Of a stretch of 64,000 nt of DNA, positions 28,433 to 39,647 are shown one piece after another. Under the pieces are notes generated by a model that was not told the DNA's origin, searched no databases, and saw only the letters and a program-made list of their open reading frames with translations. The DNA is from Sulfurospirillaceae bacterium. Its GTDB lineage: Bacteria > Campylobacterota > Campylobacteria > Campylobacterales > Sulfurospirillaceae. The stretch covers positions 32,001-96,000 of the forward strand of contig JAWVXD010000003.1 of NCBI GenBank assembly GCA_033723415.1, in the 5' to 3' direction. Numbering within the stretch: position 1 is the first letter of the stretch; every line of letters starts with the position of its first letter. The translations under genes and the position numbers were made by a program.

Positions 28433-29263
28433 ATGGATAAAAAATTCAAGCAGATACTTTTAAAGGTTAAGAAAAAAGTTTTTACCGGAAACCTTGGAAA
28501 TAACTTAAGTACCTTTAAAGGGACAGGATTAGATTTTTCTGAGATCAAAGATTATGTAATCGGTGATGATGTAAGAACTATAAATTGGAAATCTTCAGCC
28601 AAAGGCTTAGGCGTAAAAGTAAATGTCTTTAATGAAGAAAGAGAATTGAACATAGTTGCCGTTTTTATGATAAACGGTTCGATCAATTTTGGTACAAAAC
28701 GAATTAAACAAGAGGTTATGGCCGAAATATTGGGTATTTTATCATATACAGCACTTCGAAACGGTGACAATTTAACGACACTTTTTTTTGATGAAAAATT
28801 GGAAAGATTATTTAAACCAACAAAAAATCTTGGTCTTATAGAAGATACTCTAAGACACTCTTTAGAAATTGATCCGATCCAAAAAAAAGTTGATATTGCG
28901 AATTTGTGTAATTTTATAAATAGTAGCTTAAAGAGGAAATCTCTCATATTCTTGATCGGTGATTTTTATGATGATGTTGATTTTTCCTCAATTTCACATA
29001 AAAATGAAGTATATGCATTGATCACTAGAGATAGATTTGAAGAAAATCCAAAGTTGAGCGGAGATATATCTTTGGTAGACCCGGTCTCTCTTGATGAAGA
29101 CAATATGAATCTAGACAAAGGCAATATAGAAGAATATAAAAAACTCATAGCAGATCATGATAAGAAAATTATGGAGCATTTCTTGATGCATAAGATAAAG
29201 TATGGGAAAATATATACCGATGATGATGTGTTTATTAAGATTTCTCAAATACTAAAGGGTTGA
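28433..29263 (+). CDS. DUF58-family protein
   Basis: FKGTGLDFSEIKDY..GDDVRTINWK, EEREL, IGDF. Confidence 0.9.
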   Translation: MDKKFKQILLKVKKKVFTGNLGNNLSTFKGTGLDFSEIKDYVIGDDVRTINWKSSAKGLGVKVNVFNEERELNIVAVFMINGSINFGTKRIKQEVMAEILGILSYTALRNGDNLTTLFFDEKLERLFKPTKNLGLIEDTLRHSLEIDPIQKKVDIANLCNFINSSLKRKSLIFLIGDFYDDVDFSSISHKNEVYALITRDRFEENPKLSGDISLVDPVSLDEDNMNLDKGNIEEYKKLIADHDKKIMEHFLMHKIKYGKIYTDDDVFIKISQILKG

Positions 29264-29264
29264 T

Positions 29265-29642
29265 ATGTTAGAAAAACTAAGAGATATTAAAGGGATTGTC
29301 CAAGTTACAGATTACTCTTTCATTTACCTTATAGCTATTTGCCTGATCATATTGTTAATTATTTCTATCGCAATTTATATGTATTTACAGCCAAGAAGAA
29401 GAAAAAAACCAACTCAAAAAGCATTATCATTGATGAAACTTAAAAATATAAATTTTGAAAATCAAAAAGATGTAGCTTATACATTTTGTTTAAATGCTAT
29501 ATATTTTTTAAATGAAAAGAATGAAAGTAAATACAGAGAACTAGCTGAAAAGCTAGAGATCTTTAAATATAAAAAAGAAATTCCTATGTTAGATATTGAT
29601 CTCAAGACAGAAATAAAAGATTTCATAGGAGGATTGAAGTAA
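29265..29642 (+). CDS. Hypothetical membrane-anchored protein of MoxR/Bat operons (DUF4381-like)
   Basis: LRDIKG followed by a single TM; position between DUF58 and vWA genes. Confidence 0.7.
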   Translation: MLEKLRDIKGIVQVTDYSFIYLIAICLIILLIISIAIYMYLQPRRRKKPTQKALSLMKLKNINFENQKDVAYTFCLNAIYFLNEKNESKYRELAEKLEIFKYKKEIPMLDIDLKTEIKDFIGGLK

Positions 29643-30539
29643 ATGTTAAATCAAATTGTTTTTGAATATCCTCTTGCTTTTCTTCTAGTCTTGATATTTA
29701 TCTTTTGCCAGATTTTTTGCAAGCAAAAAAATGATGCACTGTTTTTTCCAACCATAAGATTCCTAAAAAGAGCAACCAAAAAAAGTCTATTTTTAGACAA
29801 TATGATAAAATTTTTGATAATACTATCACTATCAACGGCCCTTGCTTCTCCAGTAATCCAAAATGAGATATCTATACAAAACGACAAAGGATATGAGATA
29901 TCCCTTATACTTGATGCAAGTGGATCAATGGCTGAGAATAATAAGTTTGGAGTCGTGAAACAAATAGTAGGCAACTTTTTGGATAAAAGGGTACATGACA
30001 AGATAGGACTTAGTATATTTGGTGATTTTGCCTATGTTGCAGTACCTTTAACATATGATAAAACAAGTATAAAAAGACTTCTAGCGAGAGTAGATGTAGG
30101 AGTTGCAGGAAGTCATGCTACGGCTTTGTATGAGGCTTTATTTTTAAGTTCAAATCTTTTTAAAAACTCTCATGCAAAGAAAAAGATCGCTATCTTGTTG
30201 ACTGACGGTATGAATAATGTAAACACGATACCTTTAGACGTTGCTCTAAAAACCGTCGAAAAATATGGCATCAAAGTTTATACTGTAGGTATAGGAAGAC
30301 CTGGAGATTTTAATCCCGTGATTTTGAAAAAGATAGCAGAGGAGAGCGGCGGCAAATTCTTTGAAGCAAATAGTGTTCAAAAACTCCAAGCTATATACAA
30401 CACTATTGATAAATTAGAAAAAAGTAAGATAAAGGCAAATAAATATATAAAGAAACAATATCTCTTTGCATACCCTCTTGCATTAGCATTGTTGCTGATG
30501 GTTATTCTCGTATATATCAGAAATAAGGAATCATTATGA
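29643..30539 (+). CDS. vWA-domain membrane protein (BatA-like)
   Basis: MIDAS DASGSM, DKIGL..FG, VPLT.D, ILLTDG, VYTVGIG. Confidence 0.9.
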   Translation: MLNQIVFEYPLAFLLVLIFIFCQIFCKQKNDALFFPTIRFLKRATKKSLFLDNMIKFLIILSLSTALASPVIQNEISIQNDKGYEISLILDASGSMAENNKFGVVKQIVGNFLDKRVHDKIGLSIFGDFAYVAVPLTYDKTSIKRLLARVDVGVAGSHATALYEALFLSSNLFKNSHAKKKIAILLTDGMNNVNTIPLDVALKTVEKYGIKVYTVGIGRPGDFNPVILKKIAEESGGKFFEANSVQKLQAIYNTIDKLEKSKIKANKYIKKQYLFAYPLALALLLMVILVYIRNKESL

Positions 30540-31501
30540 TACATTTTGAACATATAGATTACTTATGGGGGATCGTTTTATTGTTGCCTCTATTTTATTT
30601 TTTGAAAAACAACAAAAACGCACTTGATTCTATTTTTTCAAGTGAAGTTTTACAAAAGATAAGGGTGAAAAACAGAGGTCTTAGTAAAAAGGTAAGAAAT
30701 ATTTTACTTATATTTTCTATGTTTTTTATGATCATAGCACTAGCAAGACCTTATATAGATAATGGAAGCATCAAGGTAAAATCAAGTTTTATAAATATAG
30801 TGACAGGATTTGATATCTCTAATTCAATGTTTGCAAATGATATATATCCAAGCAGATTTGATTTTGCCAAGCAAAAGTTTGATTTACTATTAAAAAGTTT
30901 GAAAAATGCAAGAGTCGGAGTTTTAGCTTTCAGTTCACGTGCATTTTTAGTAGCACCTCTAAGCGAAGATTATAATTCTCTCAAATTCTTGGTAAAGAAC
31001 ATGGGTATGAACAATATAAGCTTAAGAGGAACAGATATATTAAGTGCCTTGAGCGCGGCTCAAAATCTATATGGCAATGAAGAGAAAAAAGCCTTTTTGA
31101 TTTTTACAGATGGCGGTGATAATAAAAACTTTGATAAAGAGATAGCTTACGCGAAGAAACATCATATAGTCGTATTTATTTATAATATAGGAACAGACAA
31201 AGGAGGAGTTATCAAAACTCAAAACGGCGTCTTAAAAGATAAAAATGGAAATATTGTAGTTGTGAAAATAAATGAAAATATCAAACAACTAGCTCTACAA
31301 ACAGGTGGAGCTTATCTTCGATACTCATTATCCTCTAATGACATGAATGAATTGAGTAATGCTATAAAATCTAGATTCAAAGCTATCACAGCCAGAGAAG
31401 AGATTATCAAAGACAAAAAAGAGTTGTTTTACTATCCTCTTGGAGTTGCTATCGTGTTATTCTTCTTTGGTATTTTTTCTATTAATCGGAGGAAAAGATG
31501 A
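30536..31501 (+). CDS. vWA-domain membrane protein (BatB-like)
   Basis: ALARP, DISNSM..DIYPSR, APLSED, FTDG. Confidence 0.88.
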   Translation: MIHFEHIDYLWGIVLLLPLFYFLKNNKNALDSIFSSEVLQKIRVKNRGLSKKVRNILLIFSMFFMIIALARPYIDNGSIKVKSSFINIVTGFDISNSMFANDIYPSRFDFAKQKFDLLLKSLKNARVGVLAFSSRAFLVAPLSEDYNSLKFLVKNMGMNNISLRGTDILSALSAAQNLYGNEEKKAFLIFTDGGDNKNFDKEIAYAKKHHIVVFIYNIGTDKGGVIKTQNGVLKDKNGNIVVVKINENIKQLALQTGGAYLRYSLSSNDMNELSNAIKSRFKAITAREEIIKDKKELFYYPLGVAIVLFFFGIFSINRRKR

Positions 31502-32289
31502 AAAGCCTGATTTTATTGTTTTGTACAATAGCTTTTTTGCATGCCGGTATTTTTGATTTTCTAGATGTTTCAAAAGCTAAAAAAAGTTATGAAAGTAAAG
31601 ATTATAAATCTGCAATACGATCATATAAAAAATTAGAAGGAAAGCAAGGCGCGGCATATGATCTTGCAAACAGTTATTATAAGAACAAACAATATAAACA
31701 AGCCTTGGAAGAGTATCAAAAAGTCACAGATAAAAGTTTGGAGTTCAAAAAGCTGCATAATATGGGAAATACATATGCACATCTTGGCAAGATTGATGAT
31801 GCGATCAAAAGCTATGAAAATGCTCTGAAGATTAAAAAAGACAAGGATACACAATATAATTTGGATCTATTGAAAAAGCAAAAAAAGAAACAACAAAAAA
31901 AGAAGAAAAAACAGCAGCAAAATAATAAAAAACAAAACAATAAAAATCAAAATAACAGTAAGCAAAACAACAAAAACAATAAGAATAATAAGAACAATCA
32001 AAATAAAAATAACAAAGAAAAGAAACAAAATAAGGACAATAGACAGAACAAAAATGATCAACAAAACAAGGATCAACAAAAAAGTCAAAACAGGGATAAG
32101 AAAAAGAGTCCGCCTGCACCAAAAAAACAAAATAAAAAGGAAACTAAAGGAAGCATAAAAAAAGCTCCTCCTATAAGTGATATGGAAGAGCGAAAATACA
32201 AAAATATGTTAGATAACAGAGGAATAAATACACTAATGCTTCCGATAAAATCAAAAGGAGATGATAATCATGAAGAAAATCCTTGGTAA
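31498..32289 (+). CDS. TPR protein with N/Q/K-rich tail (BatC-like)
   Basis: TPR motifs YDLANSYYK, HNMGNTYA, YENALK; low-complexity linker; terminal PW. Confidence 0.85.
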   Translation: MKSLILLFCTIAFLHAGIFDFLDVSKAKKSYESKDYKSAIRSYKKLEGKQGAAYDLANSYYKNKQYKQALEEYQKVTDKSLEFKKLHNMGNTYAHLGKIDDAIKSYENALKIKKDKDTQYNLDLLKKQKKKQQKKKKKQQQNNKKQNNKNQNNSKQNNKNNKNNKNNQNKNNKEKKQNKDNRQNKNDQQNKDQQKSQNRDKKKSPPAPKKQNKKETKGSIKKAPPISDMEERKYKNMLDNRGINTLMLPIKSKGDDNHEENPW

Positions 32290-33805
32290 AATCTTTGCAG
32301 TAGCACTTTTTACGACAACACTGTTTGCGGGTGTAAAAGCTTATGTAAATCAAAGTGCGATTTACTCAGGTGACAGTATAAGTTTTACTATAAGCATTGA
32401 TGGCCAAAATCCAAAATTTCCAAATATTACACAAATAGGTGCATATAGTGTTTTAGGGGTTTCATCTTCACAAAGTGTTAATATTATAAATGGAGATTAC
32501 AAAAGTGTAGTTTCAAAGACGTATGAATTTTCACCTACAAAAAGCATGACAATCCCATCATTTAAAGTAGAAAGTGATGGAAAAACATATAATACGACAC
32601 CAATAGAAATAAAAGTTTTAAAGCCTAGTGCATCAAAACCGACTGATGAAGTCTCAATAAGCATGGTTGCTAATAAAAATAAAGTTTATGTTGGTGAACC
32701 TATCAAGCTTGCAGTGAAAGTAAAATATAAATTAAATGCAAATATTGATAAAATTTCACTAACTGAGCCAAAGATGGACAATTTTTGGGTGAAAAAAAGC
32801 GATAAGCCAGTGCAATCTATGAACGGTGATACTGTCATTCAAACATATAATTATCTTATTTTCCCTCAAAATAGCGGAAATTTTACGATAGATCCAATTA
32901 TTGCAAAAATCGGTAAAGTTTCTCGCACAAATACAGGCGGTAGTTTGGGTGGAAATTTTTTCAATGATCCCTTTTTTAATGCATTTAATTCTCAGATCAG
33001 ATGGAAAAAGATCTTTTCAAATGACTTGAATGTTAGTGTAAAGCCGTTGCCGGATAATTTAGAAGTTTACGGTTCGTTTCATATAAATGCTAGTGTTGAT
33101 AAGAGTGAAACTTTTGCAAATAAACCTGTAAATCTAACAATAAAAATAGATGGAACAGGAAATATAGACGATATAAAGAAGTTTTCCGTCAATATGCCGA
33201 ATGTTGTAGAATACTCAGATAATCCAACCGTAAGATCTGGACTAAATGCAGGTCATTATGGTGGAGTTTTTAGCCAAAAGGTGGCTCTTATCGCAGATAA
33301 GGATTTTGTTATTCCCTCTTTAAAATTTACATATTTTGATAAAAATCTAAAGAAGGTAGTCACAAAAGAAACCAAGCCAATATCCATAAAAGTAAAGGGT
33401 GGAGTAAAAGTTGAAGCAGCACCTAAAATAGACACTTTGGATTCTAAAACCAATAATACCAAAGCACCAAGTGTTTCAATTAAAAACAATGTTTCGAATA
33501 ATACAGAGGTTCCTTATCTAAAATATATATTTCTTCTTTTAGGTTTTGTTCTTGGCTGTATAGTGACTTTTCTGTTTGTAGGTAAAAATAGAAAAACAAA
33601 AAAGAAGCAAGAACTTCCTATTATTAAGCAAATCAAAAAAGCTAAAAACAACAAAGAGCTTTTTGATGTTTTATTATCTAGTCAAAAAGATGATCCTTTT
33701 ATACAAAATATTGTCGAAAAATTAGAAGAAAATATTTATAGAAAAGGACAGCACAAGTTTTCAAAGAAAGAGTTAATAGAGCATTTTTTGGAAATTGAAT
33801 TATAA
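32270..33805 (+). CDS. BatD-family protein
   Basis: Signal peptide from ATG 32270; SSSQSVNIING, VYVGEP, GTGNI; C-terminal TM. Confidence 0.85.
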   Translation: MKKILGKIFAVALFTTTLFAGVKAYVNQSAIYSGDSISFTISIDGQNPKFPNITQIGAYSVLGVSSSQSVNIINGDYKSVVSKTYEFSPTKSMTIPSFKVESDGKTYNTTPIEIKVLKPSASKPTDEVSISMVANKNKVYVGEPIKLAVKVKYKLNANIDKISLTEPKMDNFWVKKSDKPVQSMNGDTVIQTYNYLIFPQNSGNFTIDPIIAKIGKVSRTNTGGSLGGNFFNDPFFNAFNSQIRWKKIFSNDLNVSVKPLPDNLEVYGSFHINASVDKSETFANKPVNLTIKIDGTGNIDDIKKFSVNMPNVVEYSDNPTVRSGLNAGHYGGVFSQKVALIADKDFVIPSLKFTYFDKNLKKVVTKETKPISIKVKGGVKVEAAPKIDTLDSKTNNTKAPSVSIKNNVSNNTEVPYLKYIFLLLGFVLGCIVTFLFVGKNRKTKKKQELPIIKQIKKAKNNKELFDVLLSSQKDDPFIQNIVEKLEENIYRKGQHKFSKKELIEHFLEIEL

Positions 33806-33808
33806 GAT

Positions 33809-33848
33809 TAAGTATCGAATATCAGTAACGAATGATATTTGATACTTA
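33809..33848. terminator. Bidirectional terminator between batD-like gene and rrf2
   Basis: TAAGTATCGAATATCA-8 nt-TGATATTTGATACTTA, 16-bp stem with one G-T pair. Confidence 0.7.
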
Positions 33849-34259
33849 TATTTTTGATCCTTGATGTGCTATGTCAGCCAAACTTGATTCTTGAAAAATC
33901 TTTTGCAATAACAATTTGGGTTTCATCCACTGGTCATGCAAAGCACATTTTTTTACACTATCACAAAAACCTATACCCAAAAGACATTGCTCATTCTCGG
34001 TAGAATCGTGAAATATCTTTAAAATATCATCTATCCTAATATTTGAAGGCTTTTTTTTAAGCTTAAAACCACCTTCTCTGCCTCTAATGGAAATAACTAA
34101 ATCTGCTTTAACAAGTTCAGTCATAATCTTTGTTAAAAATTTGTAAGGAATATGTAGTGTGTCAGATATCTGCGAAGCACTGATAAGAGAGTTTTCCTCT
34201 TGTGCTGCAATATGAGCTAAAATTCTGATCGCATATTGAGAAGTATTGCTTAGCTTCAT
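33846..34259 (-). CDS. Rrf2-family Fe-S transcriptional regulator
   Basis: YAIR, SIRGREGGFKL wing, C-x6-C-x5-C-x2-H (CLLGIGFCDSVKKCALH). Confidence 0.92.
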   Translation of the reverse strand: MKLSNTSQYAIRILAHIAAQEENSLISASQISDTLHIPYKFLTKIMTELVKADLVISIRGREGGFKLKKKPSNIRIDDILKIFHDSTENEQCLLGIGFCDSVKKCALHDQWMKPKLLLQKIFQESSLADIAHQGSKI

Positions 34260-34304
34260 GGATTTTCCTTCTAAAAATATTTAATATTTTACACTAAATT
34301 TATT

Positions 34305-34372
34305 AATTCTACCTTTAAGTAGTAATTAATATTTTTTTGCTATCATTTCAATTACTACTTAAAGGTAGAATT
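34305..34372. promoter_or_regulatory. Two identical 23-bp candidate operators in inverted orientation flanking the norC -10
   Basis: AATTCTACCTTTAAGTAGTAATT (34305-34327) and its exact reverse complement (34350-34372); TGCTATCAT (34338-34346) between them. Confidence 0.75.
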
Positions 34373-34388
34373 TAAAATAGGAGTGAGA

Positions 34389-34835
34389 ATGTCTGAGCGT
34401 ATTACTAAAGATATGGCCAGAAATATCTATTTTGGCGGGGGTCTTTTTGCTATTTTGCTATTTGTGGGATTGGCACTTGATACGGTACATCAAATACCCA
34501 AAGCAAGCCATGAAGCGATGATCACAAAATCTGTGATAGCAGGAAAGAAGATTTGGGAAGACAATGATTGTATCGGTTGCCACACAATATTGGGGGAGGG
34601 TGCATACTATGCCCCTGAATTAGGCAATGCTTTTCAACGCTTAGGCAATGGAGACGAAGCGACGTTTAAAGCATATATGCAAGGATGGATGGCAGCACAG
34701 CCGCTTGAAGTGCATAATAGAAGAAAAATGCCTCAATTTCACTTAACACCGAAACAGGTCAATGACCTATCGGATTTTTTAATTTGGACATCCAGAGTCA
34801 ACACTCAAGGTTGGCCAGGAAATATACAAGGATAA
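34389..34835 (+). CDS. norC: Nitric oxide reductase cytochrome c subunit
   Basis: MSERITKDMARNIYFGG, CIGCHTILGEGAYYAPEL, RRKMPQF. Confidence 0.97.
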   Translation: MSERITKDMARNIYFGGGLFAILLFVGLALDTVHQIPKASHEAMITKSVIAGKKIWEDNDCIGCHTILGEGAYYAPELGNAFQRLGNGDEATFKAYMQGWMAAQPLEVHNRRKMPQFHLTPKQVNDLSDFLIWTSRVNTQGWPGNIQG

Positions 34836-36227
<1,392 letters not shown>

Positions 36228-37967
36228 ATGGACGAAAAAGTCGGTAAATATTGGGATAAATTTGTCACCAAAAAAGCGTCGCGTCTTTATGAAAAAAAGC
36301 AAATACTTTTTGAAGATTATGCAAAATTTTTAAAGATATTTTATCACCTCTTAGGAGGTGATAAAGCAAAAGAGCTTCATATTACCGACAAAAGATTTCT
36401 TTTGACCACACGAACGATGTTTGAGAAATTTTCAGGGAAAGGAAAGAGCTTTTTTCTATCGTGGCAAGATGAGAAAGCTCTTTATTTTCCTGCCTCATTG
36501 GCTTTTTTTGATGAAAAAAAACTCAATGCAATGCACTATTATTGGCTATGCGCTATGCTCGCTCTAGTGGATATCACAAACCGGAACATCGCAGAAGAGA
36601 ATACAAAAGCCACCAACTTCCTAATACAAAAATATCCTGGTTTTTTTGATTTTTATAATAAAGCACAAGCAAGCTTGATGATCGATTATCCAGAATTATT
36701 ATCTAGTGATGTGAGCTATCCTCACCCTCTTTGGATCTATCCAAGTGCTTCAAAACCTAAACAATTTCGTGATTATGGTGAAGAAGAGATGGGACGAATG
36801 AATGGGAAAAATGATAAAACAGAAGAATTGAAGATGAAAAAAAGAGCTGAGCGGAACGATAATGAAAAAGAGAGTGACGGTCTTTTGCTGTTTTTGCCAG
36901 AATCAATGATGAGTTTCATGGAACAAATCAACGTAGATCGACAAGAAAATGATAGCTTTGATGAAAATGCGCTTTATAATGCAGAAGATTTAGATGAGAT
37001 AACGCTTGGCAAAAAAGATGCAAATCTTGCTTCAAGAATCAAAATCGATTTGGATATTTCTGCAAATTCTGCTGAAGATTATCCGCTTGGAAAAGGACAT
37101 TTTAGAGATGAGTGGGATCATAAAAAAGAAAGCTATCTCAAAAATTATGTTTGTATCAAACCACAGATATCAATAAATGTCCAACCGATCATACTACCAA
37201 AAAGACTTGAAAAAATGATGAGACAAATCCAAAACGAATTGGATTTGATGGAACTTGATCGTATAAAAATAGATAGTTTATCATATGGAGATGAGATCAA
37301 TTTAGATTCTTGGATCGATTATAAAGGAAACAAGAACCGCTCGAATCATCCTCAGAGGTTTTTTGAAAGCTACAAGAAAAAAACTCGTGATATGGCTACA
37401 TTGCTTCTTGCTGATATCTCGCTCTCAACAGAATCTGGTATCACGCAAGAGATACGCGTGATCGATATGATAAAAGATACTCTGATGGTATTTGCCGAAT
37501 CACTTCAGCGACTAGAAGATCGATTCGGGATCTATGCTTTTTCATCTATTCGTAATAAAAAAGTTCATTTTCATATCATCAAAAATTTTAAAGAAAAGTA
37601 TAACGATATTGTTCGTGGTCGTATCGATGTCATTAAACCGGGCTATTATACACGCTTAGGTGCAGCAATCAGAGAAAGTGCCAAGATTTTAGACAAACAG
37701 CAAAGTGCCAATAAACTACTCTTGATACTGAGTGATGGCAAACCTAACGATTTGGATCGCTACGATGGAAAGTATGGCATCGAAGATACAAAAAAAGCCA
37801 TCGAGGAAGTAAAACAAAAAGGAATCGTTCCTTATTGTATCACGATTGATGTGGAAGCTAGAGAATATCTTCCACATCTTTTTGGAAAAAGTTCATTTTC
37901 TGTGATCCGTGATGCAAAAAAATTACCCAAAGTCTTAACCGAAATCTATATGAATTTAACGAAGTAA
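36228..37967 (+). CDS. norD: NorD vWA activation protein
   Basis: DEWD, DISLST MIDAS, PGYYTRLGAAIR, LSDGKPNDLDRY. Confidence 0.93.
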   Translation: MDEKVGKYWDKFVTKKASRLYEKKQILFEDYAKFLKIFYHLLGGDKAKELHITDKRFLLTTRTMFEKFSGKGKSFFLSWQDEKALYFPASLAFFDEKKLNAMHYYWLCAMLALVDITNRNIAEENTKATNFLIQKYPGFFDFYNKAQASLMIDYPELLSSDVSYPHPLWIYPSASKPKQFRDYGEEEMGRMNGKNDKTEELKMKKRAERNDNEKESDGLLLFLPESMMSFMEQINVDRQENDSFDENALYNAEDLDEITLGKKDANLASRIKIDLDISANSAEDYPLGKGHFRDEWDHKKESYLKNYVCIKPQISINVQPIILPKRLEKMMRQIQNELDLMELDRIKIDSLSYGDEINLDSWIDYKGNKNRSNHPQRFFESYKKKTRDMATLLLADISLSTESGITQEIRVIDMIKDTLMVFAESLQRLEDRFGIYAFSSIRNKKVHFHIIKNFKEKYNDIVRGRIDVIKPGYYTRLGAAIRESAKILDKQQSANKLLLILSDGKPNDLDRYDGKYGIEDTKKAIEEVKQKGIVPYCITIDVEAREYLPHLFGKSSFSVIRDAKKLPKVLTEIYMNLTK

Positions 37968-37976
37968 AGGAAAGAT

Positions 37977-38753
37977 ATGTCAAAAACTTACTATGTCCCG
38001 CAATCTAACGAAATCGAGTTGTTTGAAGCTGCCGCAGGCATGAATCTACCAGTTTTGATCAAAGGTCCGACAGGATGCGGAAAAACCAGGTTTATCGAAG
38101 CTATGGGAGAGAAACTGGAACGAGATGTCTATACCGTAGTGTGTCATGATGATTTGAGTGCAGCAGATCTTGTAGGTAGGCATTTGATAGATGAGAACGG
38201 TACCTTTTGGCAAGACGGACCTCTGACAAAAGCAGTCAGAAACGGTGGGATCTGTTATCTTGATGAGATCATCGAAGCCAGGAAAGATACGACAGTAGTG
38301 CTTCACTCCTTGGCAGATTATAGACGTGTTTTACCGATAGATCGAACAGGTGAAGTCATAAAAGCGCATCCTGATTTTATGTTGGTGGTATCCTACAATC
38401 CCGGCTATCAAAACGTGCTCAAAGGAATGAAACCTAGCACAAAGCAAAGATTTGTATCGCTTAGTTTCGGTTATCCTAGTCCTGACATTGAAAAAGCCGT
38501 GATTATGAAAGAAAGTGGCGTGAGTGATAAAATTGCTCAAAAACTTGTGAATATTGCCGGAGAGATCCGCCAATTAAGCGAAAGCGATATCCAAGAAGCC
38601 GTCTCGACGAGACTTTTGGTCTATGCAGGAAAACTGATGGTTAAGGGTTTTGATCCGTATCAGGCTTGTGTGCATTCTATCGTGGAATCATTGAGTGATG
38701 AGGATGATGTGTTAGAAGTTTTACATCAGTTGATCTTGTTGCATTTTAAATAA
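37977..38753 (+). CDS. norQ: NorQ/NirQ/CbbQ-type AAA+ ATPase
   Basis: KGPTGCGKTRF, CHDDL.AADLVGR, WQDGPLT, YLDEIIEARKDT, SYNPGYQ, STRLLVYA. Confidence 0.95.
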   Translation: MSKTYYVPQSNEIELFEAAAGMNLPVLIKGPTGCGKTRFIEAMGEKLERDVYTVVCHDDLSAADLVGRHLIDENGTFWQDGPLTKAVRNGGICYLDEIIEARKDTTVVLHSLADYRRVLPIDRTGEVIKAHPDFMLVVSYNPGYQNVLKGMKPSTKQRFVSLSFGYPSPDIEKAVIMKESGVSDKIAQKLVNIAGEIRQLSESDIQEAVSTRLLVYAGKLMVKGFDPYQACVHSIVESLSDEDDVLEVLHQLILLHFK

Positions 38754-38754
38754 A

Positions 38755-39360
38755 ATGACCGTGCAGCAAGACGTTATTACAAAAGTGCCTTACCCTCCGG
38801 GTGATTTTGCTATTTGGATCGTAATCTATGTCGAATTGGCTACATTTGGCTCTTTTTTTATAGGATATGCCTTTGCAAGACGAGAAAATGTCGAACTTTT
38901 TAATGCATCACAATCGATATTAAATCAAACAGCAGGCTTAATCGATACGCTTCTTTTGATCACGAGCAGTTACTTTATCGTTAAAGCGGTCAATGCCGTG
39001 AAAAACGTAACTTCAACAAATAGTGAAGCAGATCATGTGTGGGCTGCAAGATGGCTGTTAGTTGCTATTGTCTTGGGGCTTTTCTTTTTGATCAATAAGC
39101 TATTGGAATTTTCTGATCTGTTTGAACAAGGTATCGATCTAAATACCAATAAGTTTTTTATGTTTTATTTTATCCTAACAATGTTTCATTTTATGCATGT
39201 CGTTTTAGGTGTCATTATTTTGTTAATTACCCGCGAAAAAACGAAGAAAAACCATTATAGCAGACAAAATTGCAGAGGTATCGAAACGGGTGCTGCTTAT
39301 TGGCATTTGGTAGATTTGTTGTGGATAGTACTTTTCCCACTTGTCTATATCATCCGGTAA
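38755..39360 (+). CDS. norE: NorE (cytochrome c oxidase subunit III-like)
   Basis: PGDFAIW..I..EL..F, FHFMHV, YWHLVDLLWIVLFPLVY. Confidence 0.9.
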   Translation: MTVQQDVITKVPYPPGDFAIWIVIYVELATFGSFFIGYAFARRENVELFNASQSILNQTAGLIDTLLLITSSYFIVKAVNAVKNVTSTNSEADHVWAARWLLVAIVLGLFFLINKLLEFSDLFEQGIDLNTNKFFMFYFILTMFHFMHVVLGVIILLITREKTKKNHYSRQNCRGIETGAAYWHLVDLLWIVLFPLVYIIR

Positions 39361-39370
39361 AGTGGTGATC

Positions 39371-39625
39371 ATGACAAAAACCGCAGAAAGAATTTGGATT
39401 GTTTTAACGATTTTGACATGGTTTGCCTATCTTCTTGGTGATTTGCAGTTAGTCGGTACATGGATGGTCGAAGCTTTGCTTATATCCACATTTGTTAAAG
39501 GAGGATTGATCATAGATCATTTTATGGGATTAAAAAATGTTCAATATAAGTATCGTCTGGTACCTATTATATGGTTGGTACTGGTCATAAGTTTGGTCGC
39601 AATTTCTTACTATTGGACAATCTAA
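39371..39625 (+). CDS. norF: NorF (cytochrome c oxidase subunit IV-like)
   Basis: 3 TM, KGGLIIDHFMGLK; likely ATG at 39371. Confidence 0.8.
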   Translation: MTKTAERIWIVLTILTWFAYLLGDLQLVGTWMVEALLISTFVKGGLIIDHFMGLKNVQYKYRLVPIIWLVLVISLVAISYYWTI

Positions 39626-39647
39626 CTATGATCAACATCACATGAGA

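Noticed and set aside
31832..32130. Two minus-strand ORFs that look very hydrophobic or Cys/Phe-rich (possible toxin or membrane peptide)
   Set aside because: They are the antisense reading of the A-rich N/Q/K tract of the BatC-like gene; the composition is a by-product
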